A stretch of DNA of 63,225 nt, the filler included, from Craspedostauros australis (lineage: Eukaryota), in assembly GCA_030167865.1 (NCBI GenBank). It is 18 parts of 18 records of this genome, joined end to end, with 100 filler letters (N's around TTAATTAATTAA, not from the genome) between each part and the next. Parts side by side here need not be neighbours in the genome. Positions count along the whole stretch, not along the records: positions 1 to 7,314 come from JALAGF010006458.1; positions 7,415 to 10,638 come from JALAGF010006462.1; 16 more parts are not named here. One strand, given 5' to 3'. Of the stretch, positions 1 to 10,738 are shown piece by piece (the stretch's first letter is position 1; each line of letters opens with the position of its first letter). The notes beneath the pieces are model-generated. The model did not search any database, was not told where the DNA came from, and saw nothing but the letters and a program-made list of their open reading frames with translations. Made by a program: the position numbers and the translations under genes.

Positions 1-579
1 TACTGTCCGGACGATCCACAACCAGCTGAGCCTACTACCCATGCTGAAAGAAGCACACGTGAGTTGCCCTGTGTCTGGATTACAACCTCACGTGCCCATT
101 GACAAGTGAGGTTATAAAGGGGCGTATTGGAGCCACGACCGCACGAGCCGGAGACATGGAGCTACGATCGCATGAATCGGAAACACAAAAGATACGACGA
201 CCACACAGCAGCGATCAAGACGCAACAGCAGAGAGAAATGAGAAGGCAAACATCGAAATACGTGCACGAACGCTGATGGAACAGAACAAAGCGAAACACA
301 ACAAAAGTAGCAAGGTATGCCTCATATTCCCTACACAACACAGTTAGCACACACACTGATCATCCACAGTCGTTACCATCAGCCCAGATTCCAATAGCAA
401 CTTCACCCACAACTGCGACTGCCATCACAACGAACACCAACACCTCCAGGCCCAAGAACCGTCCTCCTCCTGCCGCCGTTCTGCAAGTACAGGATCCATC
501 GCAAAACCAAACCACAGTAGGACCAACACAGCCGCAGCAGCACAACAATCCGATCGTCCCTTCCCTGCATCCGACAAAC

Positions 580-1927
580 ATGAAGTTCATCAGCATCACC
601 ACAGCCGCACTCTTGCTGGCGCAGACCGAAGCGTTTTCGGTCTCCCCGTCGCATCCATCACAGACCAGCGCAGCGGGCACATCGGGCGCTGGCCGTGCAT
701 TCTCGCCGTCCCCGCTGTTCATGGGACGTGCCGCAGCAGTGCGTGCAGCCACCAAGTCCAAGACCGATGCCAAGAAGGCCAAGATCAACGCAGTCTACGG
801 GAAGAAGATCATCATGGCCGTCAAGAGCGGCGGATCGCCGGATCCCAACGCCAACCGCGGTCTCGCCGATGTCATCAAGCAGGCCAAGGCCAACAACGTG
901 CCCGTGGATGTGAGTGGGTGCTGTGCCCTGCTGTGTTGAAATACAATGTGATACAATGCAATGCAACGCAATGCAATGCAACGTGGCTTGATGTACCTGC
1001 ATTCTCGCGCTCACAAATCATTGCCTCCATTGCAAATCATCCATCCAATGCAACAACAAACAATTCCGCTCGTGTGTGCGGTTGTGTTGCGTTCGCTGCG
1101 CCGCCGCCAACACCCTTGACACTGCACCTGCAGAACATCAACCGAGCCATCAAGCGCGCCTCCGAAGCAACGGCCGGAGATTTCAGTGAGTCCACATTCG
1201 AGGCATACGGCTTCGGCGGAGCTTCGATGGTCATCAACGTGCTGTCGGACAACGCCAACCGTGCTTCCGCCGACGTCAAGTCCACCGTCAACAAGCGCAG
1301 CGGCAAGATTGCGGAGCAGGGATCCGTCCTCTTCATGTACGATCGTAAGGGCAAGGTGGAGGTCGCCGCGCCTGAGATTGACGAAGAGGCGTTGCTGGAA
1401 TTGGCCATCGAGGCTGACATTGAAGACTTTGCAATCGTTGAGGTGCGTCACATTGCGTTGCGTTGGGTTGGGCTGTGTGCTAAAGTTGGATGACGGTGAC
1501 TGTGCACCGATATCATTGTGCACGTGTATGCGCATGTGTATGTGCATGCGGTTCGTCTTCATCATTGCGTGGTGCGGAATAGCTGCATACTCGTACATAC
1601 CCACCCGTTTGTCTCACATGCTCATGGATCATGGACATTGATTGCCTTTGGCTGCGTGCGATATGACATGCTTCATTTTGCGGGGGAATGGCATTGCAGG
1701 GTGACGAGGAGGGTACATCGATCGTGTACATAGAACCAAAGGACACCGCAATCATGTTCGATGTGCTTAAGGGCATGGGCTTCGAGGACGCAAAGCTGTC
1801 CCTCTCCTGGGTCACCAAGGCCCCAGTGGAATGCACGGACGAGGACTTCGACAAGAACATGGAGATCATCGATGCCCTGGAGGAGCTCGACGATGTGGAC
1901 AGCGTGGAGCACAACATGTCAAATTAA
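580..1927 (+). CDS. TACO1: YebC/PmpR/TACO1-family protein, plastid-targeted, 3 exons (580-909, 1134-1442, 1700-1927; 288 aa)
   Basis: Spliced product reads MGRAAAVRAATKSKTDAKKAK...GGSPDPNANRGLADVIKQAKANNVPVD|NINRAIKRA...FEAYGFGGASMVINVLSDNANR...GSVLFMYDRKG...ALEELDDVDSVEHN, which are the YebC hallmark motifs. Both introns are phase 0 (910-1133 GTGAGT..CAG; 1443-1699 GTGCGT..CAG). The N-terminus is a signal peptide ending TEA-F followed by a Ser/Ala-rich transit peptide, as in diatom bipartite plastid targeting. Confidence 0.93.
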
Positions 1928-2912
1928 ATGGACATGGCATCCTTGTGTCATGAACTGGAGTTTGAAGCAATTGGAAGTGTCTGGCGTGAAATGTAAACAA
2001 TGCGCGGCGCTGCTTCTTCCGCGTGAGTGTTATCCTTCTGTACCGTCAAGGCAGAGCGCGAGAGAGATCGTTCAAAGGTCGAAGGCGAGAGAATAGCAAA
2101 CCAAGAGGCAGCGCTGGAGACTATGCGAGGGCAAAGTGCAAGAGCAGAAAGTGGGATGGAATGACTGACTGAAACGCAGGCTGGAGAGTTTGGTATAGCC
2201 ACCCATCGCTTCATCGATCGGTGGAGTGATGAATGGATTGGCTGATTGAAGAGGTGGTTGTGAGATTAAAGCACGACGCCCAACAGGAACAAGTGCCGAC
2301 TTAGCAATCGTCCTTGATCTTTCTTCTATCCCAACCGCGACGCGCACAAGTATGGCCCCTGCACTCCTCTCTCTCTCTCTCTAGCTTGAGAGTGCTAGAA
2401 CTCGAGACCATTTCGGAACTGACATAGTTGCGCCACACGATGTTGATGGCTTGGGTATCTTTGTCGCACGCATGACGAACGAAATTCCCATTTCATCCAA
2501 TCACGGAACGTTGACACCTTCTTGTCCTCAGCAAAAGATCTGTTTTTTGTGTCGACAGGCGCAGATCGCGCCAACAACCAGCACCCACCAACCGCAACCA
2601 AGTCGACGGGAACAACGACATCGAACGCAACCCATCAAAAGATCGGCGCCTGATCTTCTTCAGAACAGAACAGTGGGAGCTACTCGAGTAGGACAGAACA
2701 TCTCCGCACACAAAGAGACACATCAGAAATCTGGCAGTGGTCGAGATCTGAGAGATAACTATTATTCTGTAATATATTGTACGAGCTGCAGCCACGAGCC
2801 ATAGTACTATACCACGCTTTCATTCCACGCTCCATAGCAAACTCACTCCTCCATCTCCAACGAGGTGATATAGTTACGTTCTGTTATCTCACGCCATCGC
2901 TTGCCCGCCAAC

Positions 2913-4292
2913 ATGCCAGCCATTGGAACCATCAGCCGAATGGCAGCCCGCCGCGCATCCAAGCAGCTCGCTGGAAGAATTGATGTCTGGAGAGCAGGCG
3001 CAACAACTCTGCAATGTCAACAACCAGCGAAGGCGTCTCTCTTCTCGACGTCGGTTCAGAAGGACTCTGGGGCTGCCGATTTGGAGCTCGCCAACGTCGT
3101 CCTGGATCGGTACCAGGCCGATGCGACGGCGCCTGCGGCTGGCTCCAGCGCTTCGCAATCGCGTCTTCCCAACAACGACCGCGCCAGGAATGCGATTTAC
3201 GAGGAGGAATCTAGCCGTCACATGGGAGGCGTCTCGGCAACCGTGCGACATGATTGGACCAAGGAGGAGATCGCCGGCATCTACCAACTCCCCTTCCACG
3301 AGCTCATGTACCACGCCGGGACCGTCCATCGCATGTACTGGAACCCGGCCGAGGTTCAGCAATGCACCCTGCTCAGCATCAAGACCGGCGGATGCACCGA
3401 GGACTGCTCCTACTGCAGCCAATCGACCCGTCACAAGACCTTCGTCAAGCCAACGCCCACCATGAAAGTGCAGGAGGTGCTGAAGGCGGCCGCCAGGGCC
3501 AAGGAGGCCGGATCCACCCGTTTCTGCATGGGCGCTGCGTGGCGTGAATTGGGCAACAAGAAGAATGCCTTCGGTCATATTTTGGAGATGGTCCGCGGCG
3601 TCAACTCCATGGGCCTCGAGGTGTGCTGCACGTTGGGCATGCTCTCTGCCGACCAGGCCCATCAGCTCAAGGATGCCGGACTCTCCGCGTACAACCACAA
3701 CCTCGACACCTCCCCAGAGCATTACCCCAAGGTCATCAGCACGCGCTCCTACGAGGACCGCCTGCAAACCATTGCCAACGTGCGCGATGCCGGCATCTCC
3801 GTCTGCTGCGGTGGGATCCTGGGACTGGGCGAGGAGGAATCGGACCGCGTCGGTCTGCTGCACGTCCTCGCCACCCTGCCGGAACACCCGGAGTCCGTCC
3901 CGATCAATGCTCTCGTCAGCGTGGAGGGAACTCCGTTGGGAGATGACGATGATATCAGCCGCGTCGACGCCTTCGACATGGCACGCATGATCGCCACCGC
4001 CCGCGTGGTCATGCCGCGCACCATGGTCCGTCTTTCGGCAGGACGCCTCTCCTTCTCCGACGCCGAGCAGTACATGATGTTCCAGGCCGGCGCCAACTCC
4101 ATCTTCAACGGAGACAAGCTGCTCACCACCGACAATCCAGAATTCGATGCCGATCAGGCCCTCTTTGACAAGCTCGGCTTCGTCGGCAAGCCAGCTCACA
4201 AGGGCCCGCTCGTTGCACCCGCAGAGCAGGATGGAAAGGTTCACATCACCTACTCTTCGGCAATGGGACAATCCCAACCTCAATTCGCGTAA
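2913..4292 (+). CDS. bioB: Biotin synthase (radical SAM), probably mitochondrial, intronless, 459 aa
   Basis: CxxxCxxC motif in LLSIKTGGCTEDCSYCSQS, plus STRFCMGAAWR, YNHNLDTS, VCCGGILGLGE, HPESVPIN, VRLSAGR and AGANSIFNGDKLLTT. Arg/Ala/Ser-rich N-terminus resembles a mitochondrial presequence. First ATG is at 2913. Confidence 0.97.
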   Translation: MPAIGTISRMAARRASKQLAGRIDVWRAGATTLQCQQPAKASLFSTSVQKDSGAADLELANVVLDRYQADATAPAAGSSASQSRLPNNDRARNAIYEEESSRHMGGVSATVRHDWTKEEIAGIYQLPFHELMYHAGTVHRMYWNPAEVQQCTLLSIKTGGCTEDCSYCSQSTRHKTFVKPTPTMKVQEVLKAAARAKEAGSTRFCMGAAWRELGNKKNAFGHILEMVRGVNSMGLEVCCTLGMLSADQAHQLKDAGLSAYNHNLDTSPEHYPKVISTRSYEDRLQTIANVRDAGISVCCGGILGLGEEESDRVGLLHVLATLPEHPESVPINALVSVEGTPLGDDDDISRVDAFDMARMIATARVVMPRTMVRLSAGRLSFSDAEQYMMFQAGANSIFNGDKLLTTDNPEFDADQALFDKLGFVGKPAHKGPLVAPAEQDGKVHITYSSAMGQSQPQFA

Positions 4293-4523
4293 ACGCCCCA
4301 GCACATCTGCTCTCGATGCCATCAACTTCCTCACTTCCATATCGACTCGTTCCACTCGTACACGTAGTGTGCGGGAGTGCCAAGACTGTTCCGATCAGGT
4401 GTGGGACTACGAGTAGAGCAGAGTCTCATTGCAATTAGTAGTACTCTATTGGGATTAGAAGCAGAAGTTGAAGTAGTCGAAGAAATTGGAATGCGGTGCA
4501 CACTTGTCCTCTTGACAAGTCCG

Positions 4524-7314
4524 TGTGACCCTTCCACCGAGAAGACGTACGTAGGACCGGTACTAAAAAATTTACGTAGAACGTGTACAATTACTACCGC
4601 AGAAAAACCATCGACCATGGTGCGCACCGACGCAACAAACAGCTCCAGTGGAGCCAGCCCAAAGCACTCCCGAGGTCAGCAGAGGGCACAGGGACGATCA
4701 GGACGAGGAGGCCGTCACAATGGTACCAAGGCCGTGGCGGGGCATGGAGGAGGAGGCCGGAAACAGGCCAGAGAAGCGAGCAGGAAAAAGGGAGCAAAAA
4801 ACGACACCAAGTCGGGTGACATCCGTTGGATTTGGAGCCATGACCATGAGAAATCGTGGGGGGACATTCTCCTCGAACGAAATCTTTTGACGCGCGACGC
4901 CGAACCCTTCACTACGGCTACNNNNNNNNNNNNNNNNNNNNNNNNNNNNNNNNNNNNNNNNNNNNNNNNNNTGTGACCCTTCCACCGAGAAGACGTACGT
5001 AGGACCGGTACTAAAAAATTTACGTAGAACGTGTACAATTACTACCGCAGAAAAACCATCGACCATGGTGCGCACCGACGCAACAAACAGCTCCAGTGGA
5101 GCCAGCCCAAAGCACTCCCGAGGTCAGCAGAGGGCACAGGGACGATCAGGACGAGGAGGCCGTCACAATGGTACCAAGGCCGNGGCGGGGCATGGAGGAG
5201 GAGGCCGGAAACAGGCCAGAGAAGCGAGCAGGAAAAAGGGAGCAAAAAACGACACCAAGTCGGGTGACATCCGTTGGATTTGGAGCCATGACCATGAGAA
5301 ATCGTGGGGGGACATTCTCCTCGAACGAAATCTTTTGACGCGCGACGCCGAACCCTTCACTACGGCTACNGGCGAGGAAGGGGCACTCGATGAAACCATT
5401 GCCCATCTCAAGGAAGGTGCACAAGACATCAACCGTGGCGTGACCCTCGAAGAGTGGATTGACGCATTCCAAGACGCGTATGATAATAAGCTACATCCAG
5501 ACAACAACATCAACATCGTGGAACTCATGGTGCGTCTGGTGGCAACACCCAACATCTTCCCCAGACTGTGGGAAGCCGGAAGCATTAAGTCCACGCACGA
5601 GACGGCAGCATGGGTGGCAGCTCGGATTGTGTTCATGCGCTCCAAGGGCATCGAGTTCGACGGAGAAGAAGAGACGACTACTTCCCCAAACCCAAAGAAA
5701 AAGAAGAAGCAACGCAAACCAAGACGCAAGGTCGTGGCATTTCCAAGGAAAGCGCCTAAGCCAGCACAGCTCCTCAGTGTGAATGACGTCCTAAGCGAAT
5801 TCCACAAGACCTTTTTCGACATCCGCCTACCAATGGCGAGGGAATCCAACGACCCCCTAATCAACCAAGTCATCGACGGTCTCAACAAAGTCAGGGCCTT
5901 CATCTTCAGAGCTGATCCCAAAGCGCAGATTGTGGCTTGGAGGAAGAGCAAGGAGATGCGTCCATGGACGTCCAAGGATGTCCCATGGACCGCCCGCGAG
6001 ACGGTAAAACAGTTCACGGAGAGCTTGTACGCACGCACCGGATTCAGTACGTATACAAGAATCTGGGTGGCCCATAAGGCCGAAGTGGACGTATTCGAGG
6101 ACGACGGTACTCTTCAGGCTGCAGCTATCACGCTCTCCAAGTCAGACATCCAAGAGCACAACATCGTGACGGCAGGATGGTTGTTCGGGAGTCACAGTAC
6201 TACCAACAACGACGATCTCGCAGAAGTCATTAACGCGAGCGAACTGGTGAAGGGGAACTTCAAGGTCCAGCTACGAATGAAGGAGATTCAACTGGTCAGC
6301 AAAAGGAACCGTCCAAAGGACACAAGTGACTATCGCAGTCGACCACGCGCCACCCACGTGATGAGCGGGTCCTCGAAGACGCAAATGTGCCGAATCGCGA
6401 TGAAGGAGCTCTTCAACAACCGGTCGGAGACCGTGCGACTGTTGGGCAAACAGATGCGATTCATGCCGGACGCGATGGACGCCAGGTTCGAGCATCCCCC
6501 ATCCGAGTTGGCCAGCCTGAGCAAGATGGCGGCCCACCAACAAGAGTTCGAAAAAGAAATGAAAGTCCAAGGAGTGCACTCCATCATGCAGTTGGATGTG
6601 GAGATTCCCATCTGGAGATTGACTCTCCGCGAAGTGATCATGAATCTCAGGTCGTTCGACGATCCGGACTATTCCCTTTTCGTGTCCGTCGATACGGATA
6701 GAAGCGACTGGACTCAGACCTTCTTCGTTTTCCACCCGAAGCGAAGAGTCGAAGCACAGGAGCTGATCTCGAAGCTGCCGTTCTTCTGCTACAAGAAACT
6801 GGACTACCGCTGCCAAGGATGGTTCACCCCCCATGCATGGGCTCAGAACGAGCACTATGACGTTGACTGGGAAACGGGGCTTGTACTCAGCAAGGAGGAA
6901 CAAGAAATGGGACAAATGGTGCAAGCCGGTCCCAGATTCCTGGACCTGGATACTGAAGAGGCCGCAGGCATGACTCCGGCCGAGATGGGATGGGAAGGAT
7001 ACGTAGACGAGGCAGGCAAGATGAAGCCCGTCCCGCTTCTCCATTTCGAAGTGGAGCTCACGACAAACCCAAGAACACAGAACGGGGACAATTACACTGT
7101 GGGTACTTTCGCCACAGCTTCCCCAGCTCAACAGGCGAGTCACGTGGCCCAAGCCATATCGAAGGCAGCTACGCACAAGAACGACAACCCAGACGCATTC
7201 GTGTCAGACCCCACGGCCAAGACAGACTTTGACGTGGACCACCCCCAACCAATTGCGGAAGAGGAGGAAGGTGATGAACAGCCAAGCGCTGACGACTCCC
7301 AATCAAACGACGAC
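4524..7314 (+). mobile_element. 5' end and ORF1 (>750 aa, truncated at scaffold end) of a probable diatom non-LTR retrotransposon (Ambal-like)
   Basis: Long intronless ORF (ATG 4617, duplicated at 5065 across a 50-N gap) with a basic N-terminus, an NLS-like PKKKKKQRKPRRK and motifs ADPKAQIVAW, IQEHNIVTAGWLFGS, MRFMP and LTLREVIMNL..LFVSVD. I recall these motifs from ORF1 proteins of diatom LINE-like elements. No RT/endonuclease ORF2 is present in the scaffold to confirm this. Confidence 0.55.
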
Positions 7315-7414
7315 NNNNNNNNNNNNNNNNNNNNNNNNNNNNNNNNNNNNNNNNNNNNTTAATTAATTAANNNNNNNNNNNNNNNNNNNNNNNNNNNNNN
7401 NNNNNNNNNNNNNN
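7315..7414. other. Artificial scaffold-joining linker (N44-TTAATTAATTAA-N44); 17 copies in the window
   Basis: Identical 100-nt construct with stops in all six frames, recurring at 7315, 10639, 12781, 17748, 21581, 23090, 30264, 31858, 34275, 38796, 41160, 42947, 47431, 48834, 51880, 56383 and 58725. Unrelated sequence lies on either side each time. Confidence 0.98.
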
Positions 7415-8440
7415 ATGCCGCGCCCATTATGGATGCATCAGCGTGTCGCCAGGGAGTATGAGAATGCACGAGGATCACGTGGAGGGGCTGCAAGGATCGG
7501 ATGAATGAGGTATGTATCCGTATCCGCGCCGCATCCAGATTGTGAATGGTTTTTTGACAACGCTCTTTTTCACTGCAGGGACACTTTGGGCCATGTCATG
7601 TGGGTATCTGTGGCCAAGCTTCATGGAGTGGATAGATGGAGAGTATACCAAACCATTGTGGTGCGCAGTTTGCCAAAATACCAGGATGATGATGATGATC
7701 ATGGGTGCTGATTGGAGGGCAACATTGCTTGGTCGAGAATTTTGTGAATCCACCACACAATTGTGTGGTGGATCAGCATGAAAATAAAAACAGCTTCAAT
7801 ATCAATTAAACTTCAATATTCTGATTAACAGATAGTCAGGCATCTGAACGCGATGATTAGCTTCAATTTTAGACGATGTGTTGTTGAGATATAGCATGAT
7901 AAGCAGATGTTTGGATGTGTTTTTGGATGGCCTCTAGACTCGTTTTATTAGCCTGACCGGGCACCCACGAAACTCCACAACTCGTGTTATCGCGGTGATG
8001 CACACCCCTCACAAAATTTTCGTGCCATCATCATCCAACACAGCCTCACTTTCTGCATTNNCCTTCACTGTGTGAGCATCACACCACCTCTGATTCTCCA
8101 ATTCCTCTTCCTCTCTCCACAACGCTTCTTCTCTTCGTTCCTCCTCTGTTGCAGCTGGCGCATTGGGGGTTGCCACGATTACAGATGCTGCTGCTGTGCT
8201 TGTTGGGTTGGTGTTGGTGTTGGTTTCCGCCTTGATGAGAGCGGCCTGCTTCTTGTCCTTGCGTTGTTTCGCGTTGTACGCTGCAGACAGCGACGCTTTC
8301 ACGCGCATGGGATTTGCGTGCAGTTGTACGTACCAGTCAGTTTTGGTTCTTTCGTTGNNNNNNNNNNNNNNNNNNNNNNNNNNNNNNNNNNNNNNNNNNN
8401 NNNNNNNCACAACTCGTGTTATCGCGGTGATGCACACCCC

Positions 8441-10638
8441 TCACAAAATTTTCGTGCCATCATCATCCAACACAGCCTCACTTTCTGCATTCACCTTCAC
8501 TGTGTGAGCATCACACCACCTCTGATTCTCCAATTCCTCTTCCTCTCTCCACAACGCTTCTTCTCTTCGTTCCTCCTCTGTTGCAGCTGGCGCATTGGGG
8601 GTTGCCACGATTACAGATGCTGCTGCTGTGCTTGTTGGGTTGGTGTTGGTGTTGGTTTCCGCCTTGATGAGAGCGGCCTGCTTCTTGTCCTTGCGTTGTT
8701 TCGCGTTGTACGCTGCAGACAGCGACGCTTTCACGCGCATGGGATTTGCGTGCAGTTGTACGTACCAGTCAGTTTTGGTTCTTTCGTTGGCCATCAATTG
8801 TTCGTGTGCTTCGTGTTTGGATGGTCTGTTTTTTGGGTCCTTCGCGGACGCTTCACTGATGTCCTTCAACTTGTCCGCGATGTAGTCTGGTAGTTTCGCG
8901 TTGATCCGTACGGTTTTGCTCGCCCAGCCTGGCACTGCGAGTGGTGGGTGTTCAGTTTCGGCGGTCTTGTCCTTCAACTCCGCGGNGTTGTCGGACGGCA
9001 GACATCGTTGTGCGACTTGGAGGACTTTGCCGAACACAATTGCCTTGCTCTCNGNCGCTGTGCGCCCGAGTTTTCGCGTCTTGTCCGTCTTCCTGAACGA
9101 TTCGGACGTTATCGGCAGCTTGTCGGACTTGTGTGTGTGAACAGCGACAACGCCCAGCTGGTTGATGATCCAGCCGTCCCATTCAGCGCTCTTCACAACG
9201 ACGTCTTCCGTGATGCCAGATGCAGCCACCNNNNNNNNNNNNNNNNNNNNNNNNNNNNNNNNNNNNNNNNNNNNNNNNNNCCTTCACTGTGTGAGCATCA
9301 CACCACCTCTGATTCTCCAATTCCTCTTCCTCTCTCCACAACGCTTCTTCTCTTCGTTCCTCCTCTGTTGCAGCTGGCGCATTGGGGGTTGCCACGATTA
9401 CAGATGCTGCTGCTGTGCTTGTTGGGTTGGTGTTGGTGTTGGTTTCCGCCTTGATGAGAGCGGCCTGCTTCTTGTCCTTGCGTTGTTTCGCGTTGTACGC
9501 TGCAGACAGCGACGCTTTCACGCGCATGGGATTTGCGTGCAGTTGTACGTACCAGTCAGTTTTGGTTCTTTCGTTGGCCATCAATTGTTCGTGTGCTTCG
9601 TGTTNGGATGGTCTGTTTTTNGGGTCCTTCGCNGACGCTTCACTGATGTCCTTCAANTTGTCCGCGATGTAGTCTGGTAGTTTCGCGTTGATCCGTACGG
9701 TTTTGCTCGCCCAGCCTGGCACTGCGAGTGGTGGGTGTTCAGTTTCGGCGGTCTTGTCCTTCAACTCCGCGGCGTTGTCGGACGGCAGACATCGTTGTGC
9801 GACTTGGAGGACTTTGCCGAACACAATTGCCTTGCTCTCCGGCGCTGTGCGCCCGAGTTTTCGCGTCTTGTCCGTCTTCCTGAACGATTCGGACGTTATC
9901 GGCAGCTTGTCGGACTTGTGTGTGTGAACANCNNCAACGCCCAGCTGGTTGATGATCCAGCCGTCCCATTCAGCGCTCTTCACAACGACGTCTTCCGTGA
10001 TGCCAGATGCAGCCACCAACCGCGCCTGGTCATTGTCATACTTCACCTCGTGAGTCTGACGTACCTGTTGTCCGTTCGCGCGGAATCGTCGTTTTGGTGT
10101 GCCAGGAAGCGTGGTGATGTTGCCTGCCAGGAGCGCCGCGTTGGCAAGTACCGTGGTGGTACCTGCGATGTCACCGGCTTTCAGTGCAAGGAAGAGTTGG
10201 AACGGGGTCTTGATGTTGCGTCCACTTTGCACGTATTTTCGCAGTACACATGTGATGTACGCGAAGTGGGTGTCCAGCATGCTCTTACCAGTTTGGGCCT
10301 CCGTGTAAATCCACGCGATGATTTTGGCCGCCTTTCGTGTCGCAAGGTTCTTGTTGAGTACCGATGTGATGAGCGCGATGTGCTCGTGACTGGCNNNNNN
10401 NNNNNNNNNNNNNNNNNNNNNNNNNNNNNNNNNNNNNNNNNNNNGAATGTCTTTGACCGTTTTTTGCAGGATGTCAAGTAGTCCACCAACTTGAAGTGTG
10501 TCTTGTGTCGGTCTTCCGCCGACCACAATGTCGATGAACTGATAAGTAAAAATATCATTGCGACACGTGATGACCATCGCCCCAAGCAGTGACATTCCCT
10601 TCTTCCCCCAATATTCTTGTTGGGCTTCGCTTTGGCCT
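8441..10638 (-). mobile_element. DDD-type transposase, Sola3-like (C-terminal part; N-terminus beyond scaffold end; assembly duplications inside)
   Basis: Minus frame reads SEAQQEYWGKKGMSLLG...RPTQDTLQV...(gap)...WIYTEAQTGKSMLDTHFAY...GRNIKTP. This matches the E-x-Q-x-x-x-x-GK[RK]G-x-S, QD and E-x-Q-x-GK-x-x-x-D pattern I associate with Sola3-type transposases. The expected SDNA motif would fall in the 10395-10444 gap. 7977-8357 repeats 8408-8788 and 8494-9230 repeats 9281-10017. Confidence 0.65.
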
Positions 10639-10738
10639 NNNNNNNNNNNNNNNNNNNNNNNNNNNNNNNNNNNNNNNNNNNNTTAATTAATTAANNNNNN
10701 NNNNNNNNNNNNNNNNNNNNNNNNNNNNNNNNNNNNNN

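Noticed and set aside
2889..4355. 488-aa antisense ORF over bioB (and similar antisense ORFs at 5163-6038, 6271-7176, 50635-51840)
   Set aside because: These are shadows of codon-biased sense genes with no recognisable motifs.
4355..4420. Self-cleaving ribozyme ahead of the ORF1 element
   Set aside because: Only a 6-bp potential stem (CGTAGT/ACTACG) is visible, with no hammerhead or HDV core identifiable by eye. It would need an Infernal search.
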